A DNA stretch of 64,000 nucleotides, from NCBI GenBank assembly GCA_051294375.1, contig CM119264.1, positions 17,248,278 to 17,312,277 of the forward strand. The letters run 5' to 3'. Source of the DNA: Paraspadella gotoi. Lineage: Eukaryota > Animalia > Chaetognatha. The translations under genes were made by a program, and so were the position numbers. The notes beneath the pieces are model-generated. The model did not search any database, was not told the DNA's origin, and was given only the letters and a program-made list of their open reading frames with translations. Each line of letters opens with the position of its first letter. Position 1 is the stretch's first letter. Shown in pieces: positions 12,491 through 28,999 of the stretch.

Positions 12491-13666
12491 TCGATCGAAT
12501 CCAGTTCCAGTAATTCGATTTCGAACAAAATCTGAAGCCTTAAGTCGACATTTTTCCGGATTTATCCTTTGTAATTCGGCTCTCTCTCTCTTTGCGGTCG
12601 CTGTCTTTCAAGATCCGGAAGAAGAAAAGAGGATGAGACAAATCGACAAACGTTCGTCGTCGTCGTCGTCGTCGTCGTCATTGTCCCCATTTTAAGAACA
12701 GGATCACTCACACCCTCTCCGTCCTCGGTGATCGCTGACCACCCTTTCTGTTTCATGACCACCCCATTGATTCCAGGCCACCTCATAGAAACCCGTCGAG
12801 GAGAACACGACATTACAATGCCGTCGTTGACCACCGCCGTAGAAACGACCCGTTATCGGCCGCCATCGCCGACGACGCTGCCGAGACCGCCATTCGCCTC
12901 ATTCGATGCGGACGCGGCCGACCCAGACGTTCAACCACCCACTCGTGAATCGAGTGAATGACCCAAACAATAAAACTCCCTCTTTCGGGGTCAATCGACG
13001 GCGAAGACGACGACGAGAACGACGAGAACGACGACGAGCTCGATTTTGTTTGTAAAGCGAGACGGGACGTTTAAGTGGCACTCTGGTTAGTGGTTTACAA
13101 ATGGTTCTCATGGTGTTCGATGTTGACGCTGAATGCATAACGACGACGTCAAATGCATTCTCTCGCTTTTAGCCATCTGTCCGAACCATTTTCCAAGGCG
13201 GCCTTAACGGAGGACGACCTTAAGGGTGGCCGTGAATCGCGAGTGAGAAAAAGTGAGTCGTTTTCACTTTCTGATCTTTTCCCATTTTCAGACTATCTAT
13301 GAAACTTTTGTTAATATATAAAAGACTAGTTATTCTCAACTTTACGGCTTCAAGTTTCGCGTCGAACAATAAAATACCGCCGTCGTTAATCGCGGTTGAA
13401 AATTGCCGGTCAATGAACATTTGCAATTGACGAAGAGGGAAAACTTTCTGGCTTCCTGGTTTTCCGTCATGAGGCTTTTGTTCCGCGGCCAGTGTGCGAG
13501 CGGAACGACGCGCCGGATGAACACGCTGAATTCGGCGCTGGAATTCATGAGCGCCGAGACGGATGCAGGTCGTTCGACGGATGAGTGCGATGAATGCCGG
13601 ATCAAAAGATAAAGTGATCGTTAATCGGTCCAAGGGAGGAGGGAGAGACGAGAGAGAGAGAGTAGG

Positions 13667-13713
<47 letters not shown>

Positions 13714-14163
13714 GAGAGAGAGAGAGAAGAGATGGTTGGCAACAGTTTTCATATCTCCAAATTATTCATTTTTAAAAAATCATACCTTACTTCAAAACGT
13801 GAGCGGACTCATTTCCGAGACCCTTAATCCGTCTTCGAAATCACACATCGGAAATAACCGTTCCCTTTTTCGCCGGCAGAAATTCGCGCCGTGGGAAATT
13901 CCTTTCTTCGTCGATCGAAATTTCCCTTCGGATCGACCGTTTTCCACGATTTCGCCTTCAAGGACAAAAAACCTCCTTCGATTTAAGGACGTCGCTTCCT
14001 CGTCTCCTTTCTCCCTTTTTCTCTCAGGGAGAAACGGGAATAATGGAAAAAAATGTTGAGACGAAACGCGATCTCCTTATAGAGCGCGACAAAGGAGAGA
14101 GAGGAGAAGAGGACGAGAGAGAGAGAGAGAGATGAGAGAGAGACGGAAGAGAGAGAAGAGAGA

Positions 14164-14211
<48 letters not shown>

Positions 14212-14649
14212 AATAACGCATTGAGCATTAAGTAACGGGTTTTGGGGTTAAAGACCAGAAATTCTTCAACGAAAAACCTTTAAAATGAGGAGCGAAAAGA
14301 ATTCTTAAAAATCTTAACCAAAATAAATAGAAAAACAAAAATTTTCAGTCCGCAAAATCAAGGTTCGTCCCTTCTGAGACGAAGGTGTGGGTAAAAAAAA
14401 GAGGTAAGGAGAAGATCTCGATGGGAGGTCAGTCCGCGCCAAACTTTGTCCCGTCGTAGTGTCGTCGTTTACATCGTCGTGTCGCGTAAAAAAAAAAAAA
14501 AAGGGGAGAGAAGATATTTGAGTTTCTCAAACAAACTGCAGGATTTTTTTTGCCGCGTGTTATTATTCCCTTCTGCCCTTATCGCTCCCTGTTTTTCTTT
14601 AGAACAACATGTGGTTTCATGGTTCCACTTTCTCTCTTTTCCCCTTCTA

Positions 14650-14746
<97 letters not shown>

Positions 14747-14764
14747 CAAAGCGTGTGTTGACCC
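12491..14764. repeat. 2.27-kb block that recurs in inverted orientation at 25519-27792
   Basis: The block runs tcgatcgaatcc...gtgtgttgaccc; its reverse complement gggtcaacacac...ggattcgatcga is at 25519-27792. The same ORFs appear on opposite strands (12562..12834- vs 27437..27721+). Confidence 0.92.
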
Positions 14765-14789
14765 NNNNNNNNNNNNNNNNNNNNNNNNN
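14765..14789. other. Assembly gap of exactly 25 N (also 15490-15514, 43461-43485, 47306-47330, 50790-50814); sized gaps at 28697-28812, 40942-41183 and 41402-41561
   Basis: N runs counted directly. Confidence 0.97.
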
Positions 14790-15066
14790 TTTTTTTTTCT
14801 TTTTACCGACCACGACGATGTAAACGACGACAACGACGACACAGTTTGGCGCGGACTGACCTCCCATCGAGATCTTCTCCTTACCTTTTTTTTTACCCAC
14901 CCCTTCGTCTCAGAAGGGACGTACCTTGATTTGCGGACTGAAAATTTTTGTTTTTCTATTTATTTTGGTTGAATTTTTAAGAATTCTTTTCCTCCTCATT
15001 TTAGGTTTTTCGTTGAAGAATTTCTGGTCTTTAACCCCAAAACCCGTTACTTAATGCTCAATGCGT

Positions 15067-15137
<71 letters not shown>

Positions 15138-15489
15138 GCTCTCTCTCTCTCTCCTCTCTCTCTCCTTTGTCGCGCTCTATAAGGAGATCGCGTTTCGTCT
15201 CAACAGTTTTTTCCATTATTCCCGTTTCTCCCTGAGAGAAAAAAGGGAGAAAGGAGACGAGGAGCGACGTCCTTAAATCCGAGGAGGTTTTTTTGTCCTT
15301 GAAGGCGAAATCGTGGAAACGCGATCCGAGGGAAATTCGATCGAGCGAGAAAGGAATTCCAACGGCGCGAATTTCTGCGGCGAAAAAGGGAAGGTTATTC
15401 CGATGTGGTTTCGAAGACGGATTAAGGGTCTCGGAAAGAGTCCGCTCACGTTTTGAAGTAAGGGTTTTATGTTGATTCTTTTAAAAAAA
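14790..15489 (-). repeat. Third (inverted) copy of ~13770-14500 between two 25-N gaps
   Basis: Reverse complement of 13770-14500; same orientation as ~25785-26510. Confidence 0.88.
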
Positions 15490-15514
15490 NNNNNNNNNNN
15501 NNNNNNNNNNNNNN

Positions 15515-17585
15515 AAAAAAATATTCGATGACTGTGAAGTGGGGCGTTTCAATCAAAGCTGGAAAAAATGGGATAAAAGAAGCAGGAGATAGGAGAAGGG
15601 TGCTGAGGGTGGAAGTGGGGCGTTTCATCAAGCTGGAAAAAGTGGGGTGAAGGAAGAAGGTTAGAGCGAAGGTGGTATATATGAGAAAGATGCTTGCGGT
15701 TAACGATACATACGGCTTATTCAAGTCAGAATAATAATGATAAAATATAAATCAGCAGTATCGTATTTTGCGAAGTTGGCGCAAGAGTAGTTTCGTCTTG
15801 ATGGCTCGAGACGAAACAGGCCTAAATTTCAGACGCTTCGGGGCCTTGGAGATTGGGCGCCCGCGCTTCTTTTTTTCCAACCCTCGTCTTCTTAGGGATT
15901 TCATCCGCTTTTCGTCTAAAATAATATCCACTTTCCTAATTTTAATATTCCTCATAACCACGAGGTCGTCTTCGGCATTGAACTTTATTTCCGAATTCTA
16001 ATCAAAGCCTTCGCGTCCTAACTGCTGGTTAATAACTAGTATATACGCTTGGACCGCTCCGGCCCACCCTCTATCCACCCTTTCTCACGCTGCCCGCATT
16101 CCAATTTAGCAAAACACGTCGCCGTCTCACCGGAGCTGACTGAGGCTAATTTTCACATTCTTCCCTAATCGTGTCATCTCACTTTGCCTTTCATTTCTCG
16201 CATCCTCTCCTCCTCCTCGCCAATACTCTTTCTCCTCCTTCTCTTCCGTCCCCTCCTCCTCCTCTTACCTCGACATCCTCCCGTCTTCCTCCTCTATCCT
16301 CGGGCTTCATTGTGGTTCTCTATTGTTATACATCAGCCAGGATGATGAGATACACAGAGAGAGAACCTGAAACAAAAGAAAAGGGAAAAGGGGGGAAGAG
16401 AAGAAAAAAAAATTCTCGTTTGAAAATATAAAGAACGAGCGAGCTAAGTTTCTGTGATGAACGGTTTAAAAAAAAAAAAGAAAATGAATTTTTATCTTTG
16501 ATAACGCAGTGACAGATCATTGATTAAAATTTAGGAACAAGCAAACTTAAAAAGCAACTTGAAAACATTTTAAACCAAGTTTTTTTGTTATGATCACTAA
16601 TATAGTAGTATTAATTATTCATTTTGTAACTCGGAATGGTATATTGTTTTATGACCTTTGGTTTGAGTGATTTCTCCCGATTCCATCCGTGTATATTGCA
16701 TATATTGAAATTGAAATTAAACAAACTTTTTAAAACAAATTTTTATATGGCGTAAATAAAAGTATAAAACTATATTCTATCCGACTGAAAAGATACATAA
16801 CAGAAAAGACAAGAGAAAGACGTAGATCTCTCTATCATATTCAGCCGAAGGCAGGAACTGACGTAAAGAGAAAGAAAGAAAATGGGATAGATGGATAGAG
16901 TCAGACAACAGCCGACAGAGCGAGAAGGGAGACGGAGACAAAAACGCGCGAGAGGGAGCGAAAAACAGCGGCGTGAAGGGAAAGACGGGGGGAAGGGGGG
17001 GGGTAATCACCCGGCTTGAAAACCGGAGGCGAGGGAACATCACGACGCAGCCACAATGACCGCGCATAACCAAGAAGATGGCGACATGAATGTTTTTCGA
17101 AGAAAAGGACCGAGAGAAGAGGATGAGGAAGAGGAGGAGGAGGAAAGAGGTGGAAGGAGGAGTGAGACTAAGGAGGAAAAGGGGAGGGAAAAGGGTGGAG
17201 GGGCGGTATGAGAGAGAACGAGATTGAGAGAGCGTGTCTCAGTAGGAAACGAGGATTCGATCCATTCTCCCAAAGCCAAAAAAGGTTTCCGTTTTTTATT
17301 ACTTATAAAAAAATCGTTAAAAAAGATTGAGAATTTGTTTTTTAATTTTATCAAGGTGAGACCCTAGAGAAGAGAGAGGTAAAAGTGAGAGAAAAATCTT
17401 GGAAAAATGAGAAGCATGAAAGAAAAAATGGCGAAAGAAAAAATCAAAGAAAGGATGAAAGAAAAAATAAAGAGAGAAAGAAAGAAAGGAAAAGTTAAAA
17501 AGAAGTAAAGAAAACTGAAAAAAAATCAAAGAAAGAATCAAAGAAAAAAATAAAGAAAGAAAGAATCAAAGAAGAAAAGAAAGAA

Positions 17586-17629
<44 letters not shown>

Positions 17630-18548
17630 AAAGAAAGAAAAGAAAGAAAGAAAAGAAAAAGAAAAGAGGTTAAAAAAGTAAAAAAGGATAAGCAAGAGAG
17701 GAAAAAGGTTTTAGTAATTCCAGCAGACGATTAGATGTCGTTTTGGGGCCTTTGAGTCGCGCATCCTGTCTCGATGTTCATTTGTGCGGGGCGGAGAGAG
17801 GAAAAAGATTTTTAAAAAGAAGGCGGGAAAAATTTGGGCCCGAAGCAATGAGCGAGAAACGTCGGTAGCGCGGAGGAGGCTTATTTCGGCGGCGGCGACG
17901 GCGTCGTCCATTTCTCGTTAATTTCAGTCGTCCGTGGCTGCGACTTACTACTTACACATCATGCATCAATCATCGATCAGCAGAATCATCATCAATCTCG
18001 AAGTCGTCGTCTTAGTTCGTCGCGTCGTCGTCTTACGATGTAATAATTGTTTTAAAGCATTAAAAGACCAATGTCCAATGACTCTGTCCGTCCGCCGACA
18101 TCTCTTTTCAAACTATCGGCCACGCATTGCATTATCTGCCTTACTATATGGCATGAGACTTGGATTTCTTTTGAATATGGAGCAAAAAATTATAAACATA
18201 ATATACTAAGAGGAAACACTAGTCAAAAGTTCTCCAGCCATTAATCGGTACCGATCTGGTTTGTTTGTTAAAAAAGGAAATCGGAGTTTGGGATGATGCT
18301 CATCCTCTTCGCTCTTAACCCAAGGGAGAATTAAAATCAGTTTCTTGGTTTTTGTATTCATTGATCTCCCGAAGATTTTCTTCAATTTTTTTTTTCAGAA
18401 AAATTATCTGGCGCGCCACATTTAACCTTTCCCGCGAGACGAACCACGATGAAGCATGAAAGATTTCACGCGAGAATTTTGAATTATGACCCATAATTAA
18501 ATCACACTTTATTTCTCCGTGGTATTCACTTCCGATTTCCGTTAAGAG

Positions 18549-18588
<40 letters not shown>

Positions 18589-21500
18589 TACTCTCTCTCT
18601 CTCTCTCCTTTCTTTCCCTCCGCTCTCTCTCTCTCTCCATCGCTTTTCCCCACGATTCATTAATCTTCAATCCTTTTGTGATATATTAGACTTCGCTTTC
18701 GCTGCCTAAGTAATGATTTTCCCTTCTGATTCGCCGGTCTATGAGCCCTAAATACATTGGAAATTCTGTTTCGACACGAGCCCGCAATTAGTCAAAGACG
18801 AGCTGGTGGCTCTTGCCTTCCTTGCCTTGCCTCACGGTTCATTTATTTTGTTTGTATATTATCGGTTTTCATTTAAAGTTCAGGCCTCTTATTTTCCTAT
18901 TAAATGTAATATTTTTTTTAAAAATATTTTTGAGCTTGATTAGACAGTTATAAAGAAAAATTCCCCTAATCTATTATATTTGATAATTTTCGAAATCTGA
19001 ATTAAAATAAGGCGTTTTGATTGATCAATAATTTACACGAATATTTATTTTGACGAATTAAGAGTGATTTCACGAATGGGTACAACGGAATAAATGAGTA
19101 ATACTTCCAAAATTAAAGAAAAAATTGAAAAAAAAAAAAAAAAAAAAAAAATATGTATGATACAATTTTTTTATTAAAAAATTCGACAGCGAAAAAAAAA
19201 ACTTTGGTTTCTTTGAACATTTTATGGCACAAACAAGGACTACAATAAGAAAAAGAACATTTCAGTTTTATCCAAGGTTTTAAAAAAGTGTAGACCTATG
19301 ACGTGGCTTCATCGCGAATATTCTTTTTTTTAAATTTCTAATCGTCACCGATTTAAAAAAAAAAAAGACAAAATTCTGTCATCTTGTTGCAAACAAGGGT
19401 ATTACAATTCCGATGTCTATCTTTTTCGTCCATAAAGGTATGAATTACATCCCTCTTATGTAACACGAGAAGCGTCTAGCTTGGACCGAGTCGTGGAGTA
19501 CTTATGTTTTTTAGGCATACCAACAAATTCGGATGACACCGTCGCGTATTCATTTCAATGTAAAAAAGTTGAGCCATTCGTTTTCTTTAATTATTAATTT
19601 TTTTTTATCCGAAAAAATACTCAGAACGATAAACGTTGCCCCGTCAAGACAACAAACAGTTGTGTGCTTTATTGTACAAATGATACGTCGTTTCGTAAAA
19701 TCATGTACCCCCTTGTTGGCTTATTTTATCAGTATTTGTCGTTTCGTTAGTAGTTTCATCTACAATTAACAAATAGCATCGTGTGTGGCTCTTAGCTTTT
19801 AAGTACATACAAATAATAACCATTATCAATGACTTCGTTAGTAAATGTATGGATGACGGCAGTATTTAATTCATAATTTTGTTTCAAAACGACAAGAGTA
19901 TTCCTAAAAGAAGAGTCCCTGACATAAATATTTCGCTAATTCTAGAATCGGGAAAAAAATTAGCGATAAAATGTCTAGCAAACCCGATTTTTTAAAGCTT
20001 CAAAATGTTTTTATCAAGCATCCCCCAAGCTTTCAAAGCCAAGCCCCGCCTAATTCCCCGTTTGCAGTTGTTATTGGAATCCCCGTGAACTTCCGTGGCA
20101 GACGCCCGGGATATCCGGTCGGGCTCGCGTGCAATGCCGCCTCGAGCCCGCCGGCGGCGTCGGTCCTCGTCGCCGCGTGCTTGTCGGCGGGGCCGGATGC
20201 GGCGCCGGATCCGTCGCCCGGCGCCGAGTGAGTCTTGGTGTGTTTGGAGAAAAGGAAGGTGATCCGGCGCATAAACCGTTTTGTTGCAGACAGGACAAGG
20301 CGAAGCGCTTTCGTCCGGTGTGGGTGCGGGAGATGGCGATGAAGCTCGTCGGACCGAGTGAAGCGCTTTCCCGCAAAAACAGCCAGTTCAGACGAAGGGC
20401 CGCTCCCCCCGTGTGCCACACGAAGATGGGCCTTCAGATGCGAACGTTTTTGTTATAGATCTTGCCGCAGCCTGGAGGAAAGGGGAGATGAGCGTATTAA
20501 TAAAAAATATTGTTTTTAAAAGAAAAAAATATAATATTTAACTATTAATCATATTTAATGGATTTATTAATGAATTATTCTACTTGTTTTTGGTTCCGCT
20601 TAATATGTGAAATAATTACAAGTGTGACTAACCCGGGAATGTGACAGCTGTGAATGTTCTTCTTCTCAGCGTGGCTCCGGCAGGTCCTAGCCTCTCGGCC
20701 CTCTTGGCAATTGGGGCCGTCGCAGGTGGCCGCGGCCGATGTAGCGTCGGGTGGAGCGGGGCGAGGGTTGGCGGCAGGAGCAGTGCGGGGGGGGCCCAGA
20801 GCAAAGGGCGAGCCCATGGAGTGACCTGACATGGCATCTCCCATGCCGAATGATGATGCGCCTGGCAGCATCGACTGTAAGTTGTCCTGTAGAAGAATTG
20901 CCAGTAGAGAAAATAACCGCGGCAGCGGCGGGGCCGGGTTGGAGCCGGCCCACGTGCGCCGCCGCCGCCAGCGTGGTGAGCGAGGTAATCCCCGCCGACC
21001 GCGCGAGGTCGAATGATAAGTCTGCGACGCTGCAGCCAGGGCCGCCGAGATCTGGCCGTGAAGCTGCGACGAAACCGCCGCGGCGGAGTTGGTCGGGTCC
21101 GCCAGCCAATTGCCTGCCGCCGCCTGATGAACGTCCCACCAGGCGTTGACGGAAGGGGCGGCAGTGGAATCTCCGGTCTTTACGGCGGGAGGGAGGAAGA
21201 GGGCCGCCGCCGTAACCCCCACGTTGAATGGCCAAGCGTCGTAAGGGTGATGTGCGGGGGATGATATGGTCGGGTGACCGCAACGGCCGCCGTGCCGCCG
21301 CACCCGCGATAAACGCTCTGGAGATGTTGAATTGTCGGCGTGAACTTTTTGAAGAAACGCCAGCCTCGGTGTGGCTGAGGGAGAGTCGGAAGCCGGCAAC
21401 GCCTGATTTGGACGCCGACGGCGCCGGGCGACAGCACCGTCGTCGCTTGCCTGAGAAGGTGGACTTGGACGCCGTTAGCGACGCCGTTGGCGTGGTAGTT

Positions 21501-23072
21501 GAAGAGATCCGTCGGCGAGTAAGAGTTTGTCGACGACGGACAATGGAGGAGAGGAGGAAGGAGGGGCACACAATTGGAGGAGGAGGAGGACGTTGAGGAT
21601 GACGAGGAAGACGGACGGAAGAAGAGGAAGAGGAAAATTGTCCCGATACGGCGTCATTGGGCTGCCCGCCCCGGAAATGCGACGCCCGGCGAGGGTGGAC
21701 GTCCAATTGCTGATGGTGGCGCTGGTGGTGGTGGTGGTGAGGGTGAACGTGGGGAAGAGGCATAGTTGGTGGCGGTGGCGACGGCGGAGGCGGCCATCAT
21801 GGCGGCGGAGCCCAGGCGCTGCGCTGCGGCGGCCGGAGAGAGGGGGATGCCGGGCGAGGCGGCGGAGGGGCTAGGGTGTCCAGAGGCAGAGGCGCCCCCT
21901 GGAAGAAAAAAAGAAAATTTGCAATTACTTGTTTCACTATTTTTTTATTTTCTATTTTAAGTATTTTAATAATTTTATGAAGGTTTTATTATTTAATACT
22001 ATATTATTTATTCAAACATAATATTGCCTTTTTTTTTAAAAATATTTTATTATCTAATAATTCAATTTGGGAGGGGAAGTCAGTGTTGTCTTCTGGAAAT
22101 AGAGGGAGCATCTATACAAACACAAGGTATAGATTACTAAATCTGTCCTAGTTTTCTAATAGATATCACACATCAATTTCTGTTAGAAAGGTCATTAATG
22201 AAAAATCATAATACTAAGAGCTGCAACAGCAAAAGGGGTGGGAATGGAAATAATTTTTGAGGGACCAAACGTTATATATGTATATTTATGTATATTTTGT
22301 TTATTCATTTTTAGGAGCAATCGCACGCTACTTACCAGTGTTAAGCGGCGAAGGGTAAGACGTTCCCCCGGGGTGAGCGTATTTCTTCCAAGGGTGGAAC
22401 CCTTTCCCCAAAGCCTCGATGTTCGGGGAGGGGACTCTTGTTTCGGGATTATTGTTGCACTGAGCGGCGAGCATCGCAAAGCGAGCTCCGGTCATCGGGT
22501 TGGGTTCCTTGAAAGCGAAGAAGGAAGAACAAAGTTAGTTTTTTTTTTCTCCAGCGAATAAAGATCGACTTTCGGATTGATTTCGACGCACTTAAGTATA
22601 GCAATCGAAATCTAATAGTTAGTAGTTAATATTGAACCTAATAGTTAATTTAATGGTAATTAATAACCCGTAATTATAACAAGCGAAACCTAATAGTTAA
22701 TACTTTTGACGCCTTCCTCCCATTAACATTTTTTTTCCCTATTCTATCTCTCCCCCCTTCTCTTTTTAACTCCTTTCTTCGTCACTTTCCCTCATCACTT
22801 TGTTTTAAATCTTCCCTCGCTTCCTCATAAGAGTAAAACATTTGCTCCTCTTCTTTTTTCCCTCCCTTCGTTTTTTTTCTCTTTTCCTTTTTCCTCCATT
22901 TTTTTATTTCCTTCCTCTCGCTCAAAACATCTGAAACAGTTTTTTAAGGGCGAAGACGATCGAAAAAACGAGCCTCATTATTTTCATTTCAATTTCCTTT
23001 TCCATTTTTTCAAAGAGAGCGCGAGAGGAAATTCATCTCTCTCTTCTCTCTCTCTCTCTCTCTCTACCCCCG

Positions 23073-23111
<39 letters not shown>

Positions 23112-23861
23112 CTCTCTCCTCACTTTCTCACACAACGACGCAGGTGTTGCAAAGTGCTATATAACCTGAGAAGAAGTGTTTCCATCAGGGTAAAAAAATT
23201 TATGTTTAAGAAACGAGTAACAAAGGGAAAATACAATCAAAGATATCATAGAGTGGTACTAATTCTTCCTTTTCTCTCATATTCAGTGTATCTTCCTGCT
23301 TTAATTGATTAAAATTTGAAGATCTCTCAATCTGGTCACTAGGTCAAGGGCTACAATGGACGGCCTCTTTAGTTAATCGGCAGCGCGCGGAGGCCGTGCC
23401 CTGATTCAAGGGAGGGCCTTTCCCCGTCCCGGGCGGAGCCGTCGGTCGGCGGGGTGAAAGTTTATGTCTGAGAAACGAGCAACCCGCAGCGATTCCAAAA
23501 GGTGGGGGTCTGAAGTTGAGAAGTGGAAAGGGGGTTACAAAATGGCGGCGGCGGCGGGGCGGCGGCGGGCGGGCTAAGTCGGGAGCTGAGAAGTGGAACA
23601 CACGTTTGAGACACCGAAAACGCCAAGAGAACTTCGGGATGAAGGAACACAAATGTGGAAAAATGAGGAAAAGAAAAAACAAGGAATTAAAGGAGAAAAG
23701 AGAAGTAGGAGATCGATCCCTACTTTTACCCTCGGGACGTTTTTCAAACCTCAAATATTGATAGCCTTTTTACGCCGTTTAGAGAAAACTTCTGCCTAAA
23801 GAGGCCCGCTAGGCAAAATACTCTCTCTCTCTCTCTCGGTCCCTCTCTCTCTCCTCTTTCC

Positions 23862-23894
<33 letters not shown>

Positions 23895-24357
23895 TCTCCT
23901 CTCTCCTTGGTTTTTTCGGCTGCAACAAGCAAAAAAAATAAAAAATAAAACAAATAAAAGAAACTGAAACGAAAAAGTGAAAAGAAATAGAACGTGAGTC
24001 GAAGAAAAAAAATCAAATTATTTTTGAGCGAAAAAAGTTTTGAATGAGGCTCGGAGTCATGGGACCCTCGGTCCGAACAATCCGTGCGCCCATGAAAAGA
24101 CGACTCGGCCGAATGGCGTCACAATTATTTCCTGTTCTTTTCAAATTCCTTTCCTATATTTTTTCTCTCGCTCTCCCTTTCTCTCCTCCCTCATTCTCGC
24201 TCTCGTCTCTCTCTGCAGTCTCAATTTTGTTTCCTTCGTTGCCGCTGCTATTTTTCCCCTTTTTCTTTTTTTCGTCTTGGTTTCTCAGTTCATGTTGCTT
24301 CTGATGACGGGGTTTTAGAAGCCCTTAACTCCGACACAAGGGTCGCTAAATTCGAGG

Positions 24358-24431
<74 letters not shown>

Positions 24432-25518
24432 AGAGACAGACGAGAGAGACAGAAGAGAGAGACGAGACTAGACAGAGGCGACAGACGAGGACAACTTGTT
24501 TTAAAATTTCAGCTATTGCTATACAACGAACGCAACCTGTTTTTACTTTCATAATTCAAACGATTGCTCTGCCTCTGATTAATAATCTCTATCCGAGATC
24601 AACCCTCCCACACTCAATCCTTATCAATTTTCCGAAGAGTGAAGGTCTCGAATTGAACTCGTGACAATTCAGGGCGGAGGAACAAGGATTTTTGATCCTA
24701 ATTCGGCTCCAAGTAAAGATAGAAGAGACAAAGAGAGATAGCGGTTGGACAACAAAAAAGAAACTCGAAAAGAAAGAAAGAAAGAAAGAAAAGAAAGAAA
24801 GATAGAAAAGAAAGCATAAGACAAAAAGAAACTGAGAATTCAACGTGAAACTTCTATTTAAGTTAATTAACAGCTCACTTGCGTTATACAAAAAAATCCT
24901 TAATCCGTCCGCTATTTTTTTGTTGTCAGTTTATTTTGCTTTTCTTTTTGCAATATCTTCTCGCTCTCTCTCTCCTCTCTCTCCAGGTTTGTCCCGACGT
25001 CAAACAGATTCCATTAGTCCGCTTTCGTTATTTGAAGGCCAAATTGAATAGGGCCTCCCCGGGAAGGATTCGAAAGTCTCAACGATTTTAATAGTTCCTT
25101 TTAGGTGAAAGAGAAAAGAGCTTCTAGGAGGGGCACCCCGATGAGGAAGAGAAAGCATTGATTGATTCGATTCTACTGGCGTTTACAAGTCGCTTCTAAC
25201 CTTTGATAGTGGCCAATCGTTGAATATCTATATCTATTATTTCTGAACTTCACATGCGTAATTAAATATTAAATTTTTTGACGCTTGGTATCCTCAGTTG
25301 TAATTATGAGGGAAATCCTATACGGGTTGGGGCCATCTTTTTGATTTCCTGCGACCACGAATTTGTTTTCTTCTCCCATTATTCGAATATAAACCCAAGA
25401 GGTCTAATCCTAAAAACCTCACCGCCCTCACCCGCCTGTCCCTGCGTCGCGGACCCCCTTCCTGAAAATCACCAGGGTTTCTCACTTTCTCTCCTCCCCT
25501 TAGATCCTTCGCCGCCGT
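15515..25518 (+). repeat. Error-rich direct duplicate of ~2668-12490
   Basis: Continuous collinear match from aaaaaatattcgatgactgtg to agatccttcgccgccgt. It starts immediately after a 25-N gap. Confidence 0.92.
20050..22507 (-). pseudogene. Sp6-9: Frameshifted second copy of the Sp6-9 exons (about 20050-20471, 20633-21898, 22336-22507); probably an assembly artefact rather than a true pseudogene
   Basis: Collinear with 7221-9622, introns included. Differences are mostly 1-bp indels that break the frame many times. Confidence 0.7.
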
Positions 25519-27792
<2,274 letters not shown>

Positions 27793-28543
27793 AGCCAAGT
27801 TCTCCGAACTACTTCCAATTTGATTTCTTATTCGGCGGTTACGAAGTATTTGAGACTCGGCGGTGGATCGCAAATCTTTTTTAAATGAAATAAAGAAAAC
27901 AATTTCCGAATACACTTTTTGAACTTTAGAATAATAGATGTTAATAGAAGACAAATGAGATACGTCAATGCGACAAAGCGAAAGACCAACTTTTTTCAAA
28001 CAATTTTTTTAATTGCTGAAAAAAAAATCATACCAGACTACATTGATTAGAAAACAAGGAACCATTCAGATCGTTGAAAGCTAAATACAAAACTGGAAAC
28101 GCGAGGGCAAAAAGTCAACTTTCGAATCGAGAGTTTTATCGCTCAAAGGCGTCGAGTCCCGCGAGTATGACACGACGATCGATGTCAACCGAGGGATTTA
28201 TGACACAGAGGAGATAAAGCGACACGACGACAAAATGAGCACGACATGACGACTGACACCAATGACCTTTTTATGATGGCGACGAAGACAACCGCGGCGA
28301 ATGACCCGAGCGTAACGCGTCGTTAACGAGTCTTTAACGTGCGACGACGTGAAACGACGATCACGTGACAAAGTAGACGCGCGTGGACGGAAGAAAGAGA
28401 GAGAAGGAGACGGATTAGGATAGGGAGATGCACGTGTAATGAACTATTTTTTTTTTTAAATTTAAGAATAGGGTCCGAAAGTCAATCAAAACGTGTTATT
28501 TCGGGTGAGTTCGAAGAGAAATAAGAAACGTTGCAAAAAAGCG

Positions 28544-28680
28544 ATTGGCGCATGCGTGGGCGCATTCGCCACCAGCGAGGAAATGGGGGCGAGACGCTTT
28601 AGGCGTCGACCAACGTCGACCAGGTGATCAAATTGGAACGAAATGGCCAAAAGTGGGTGTGGCTCAATGGCGCGCGAGAA
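28544..28680. promoter_or_regulatory. Promoter-like motif cluster just 3' of the proximal micro-exon
   Basis: Two ATTGG, GCGCATGCGT (NRF1/Ewg-like), AAATGGCC (YY1-like), GGGTGTGGC (GT box) and GGCGCGCGAGAAA (E2F-like) within ~140 bp. Confidence 0.35.
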
Positions 28681-28999
28681 AGCGTCTCTCTCTCTCNNNN
28701 NNNNNNNNNNNNNNNNNNNNNNNNNNNNNNNNNNNNNNNNNNNNNNNNNNNNNNNNNNNNNNNNNNNNNNNNNNNNNNNNNNNNNNNNNNNNNNNNNNNN
28801 NNNNNNNNNNNNCTCTCTCTCTCACCATTTTGCCCACCAAACGACTTTCTCCGCCTCATGTGGGCCAACGAATTGACAGCCTTCTTTCTCTTTTTCCTTG
28901 TTTATTTTTTGTACTGTTATATTGTCTAAAATATTATGAAAAAATAGTTTATTTTAACTAAATACATAACCCCCCCCCCAATAAGTGGAAAGGACTCAC

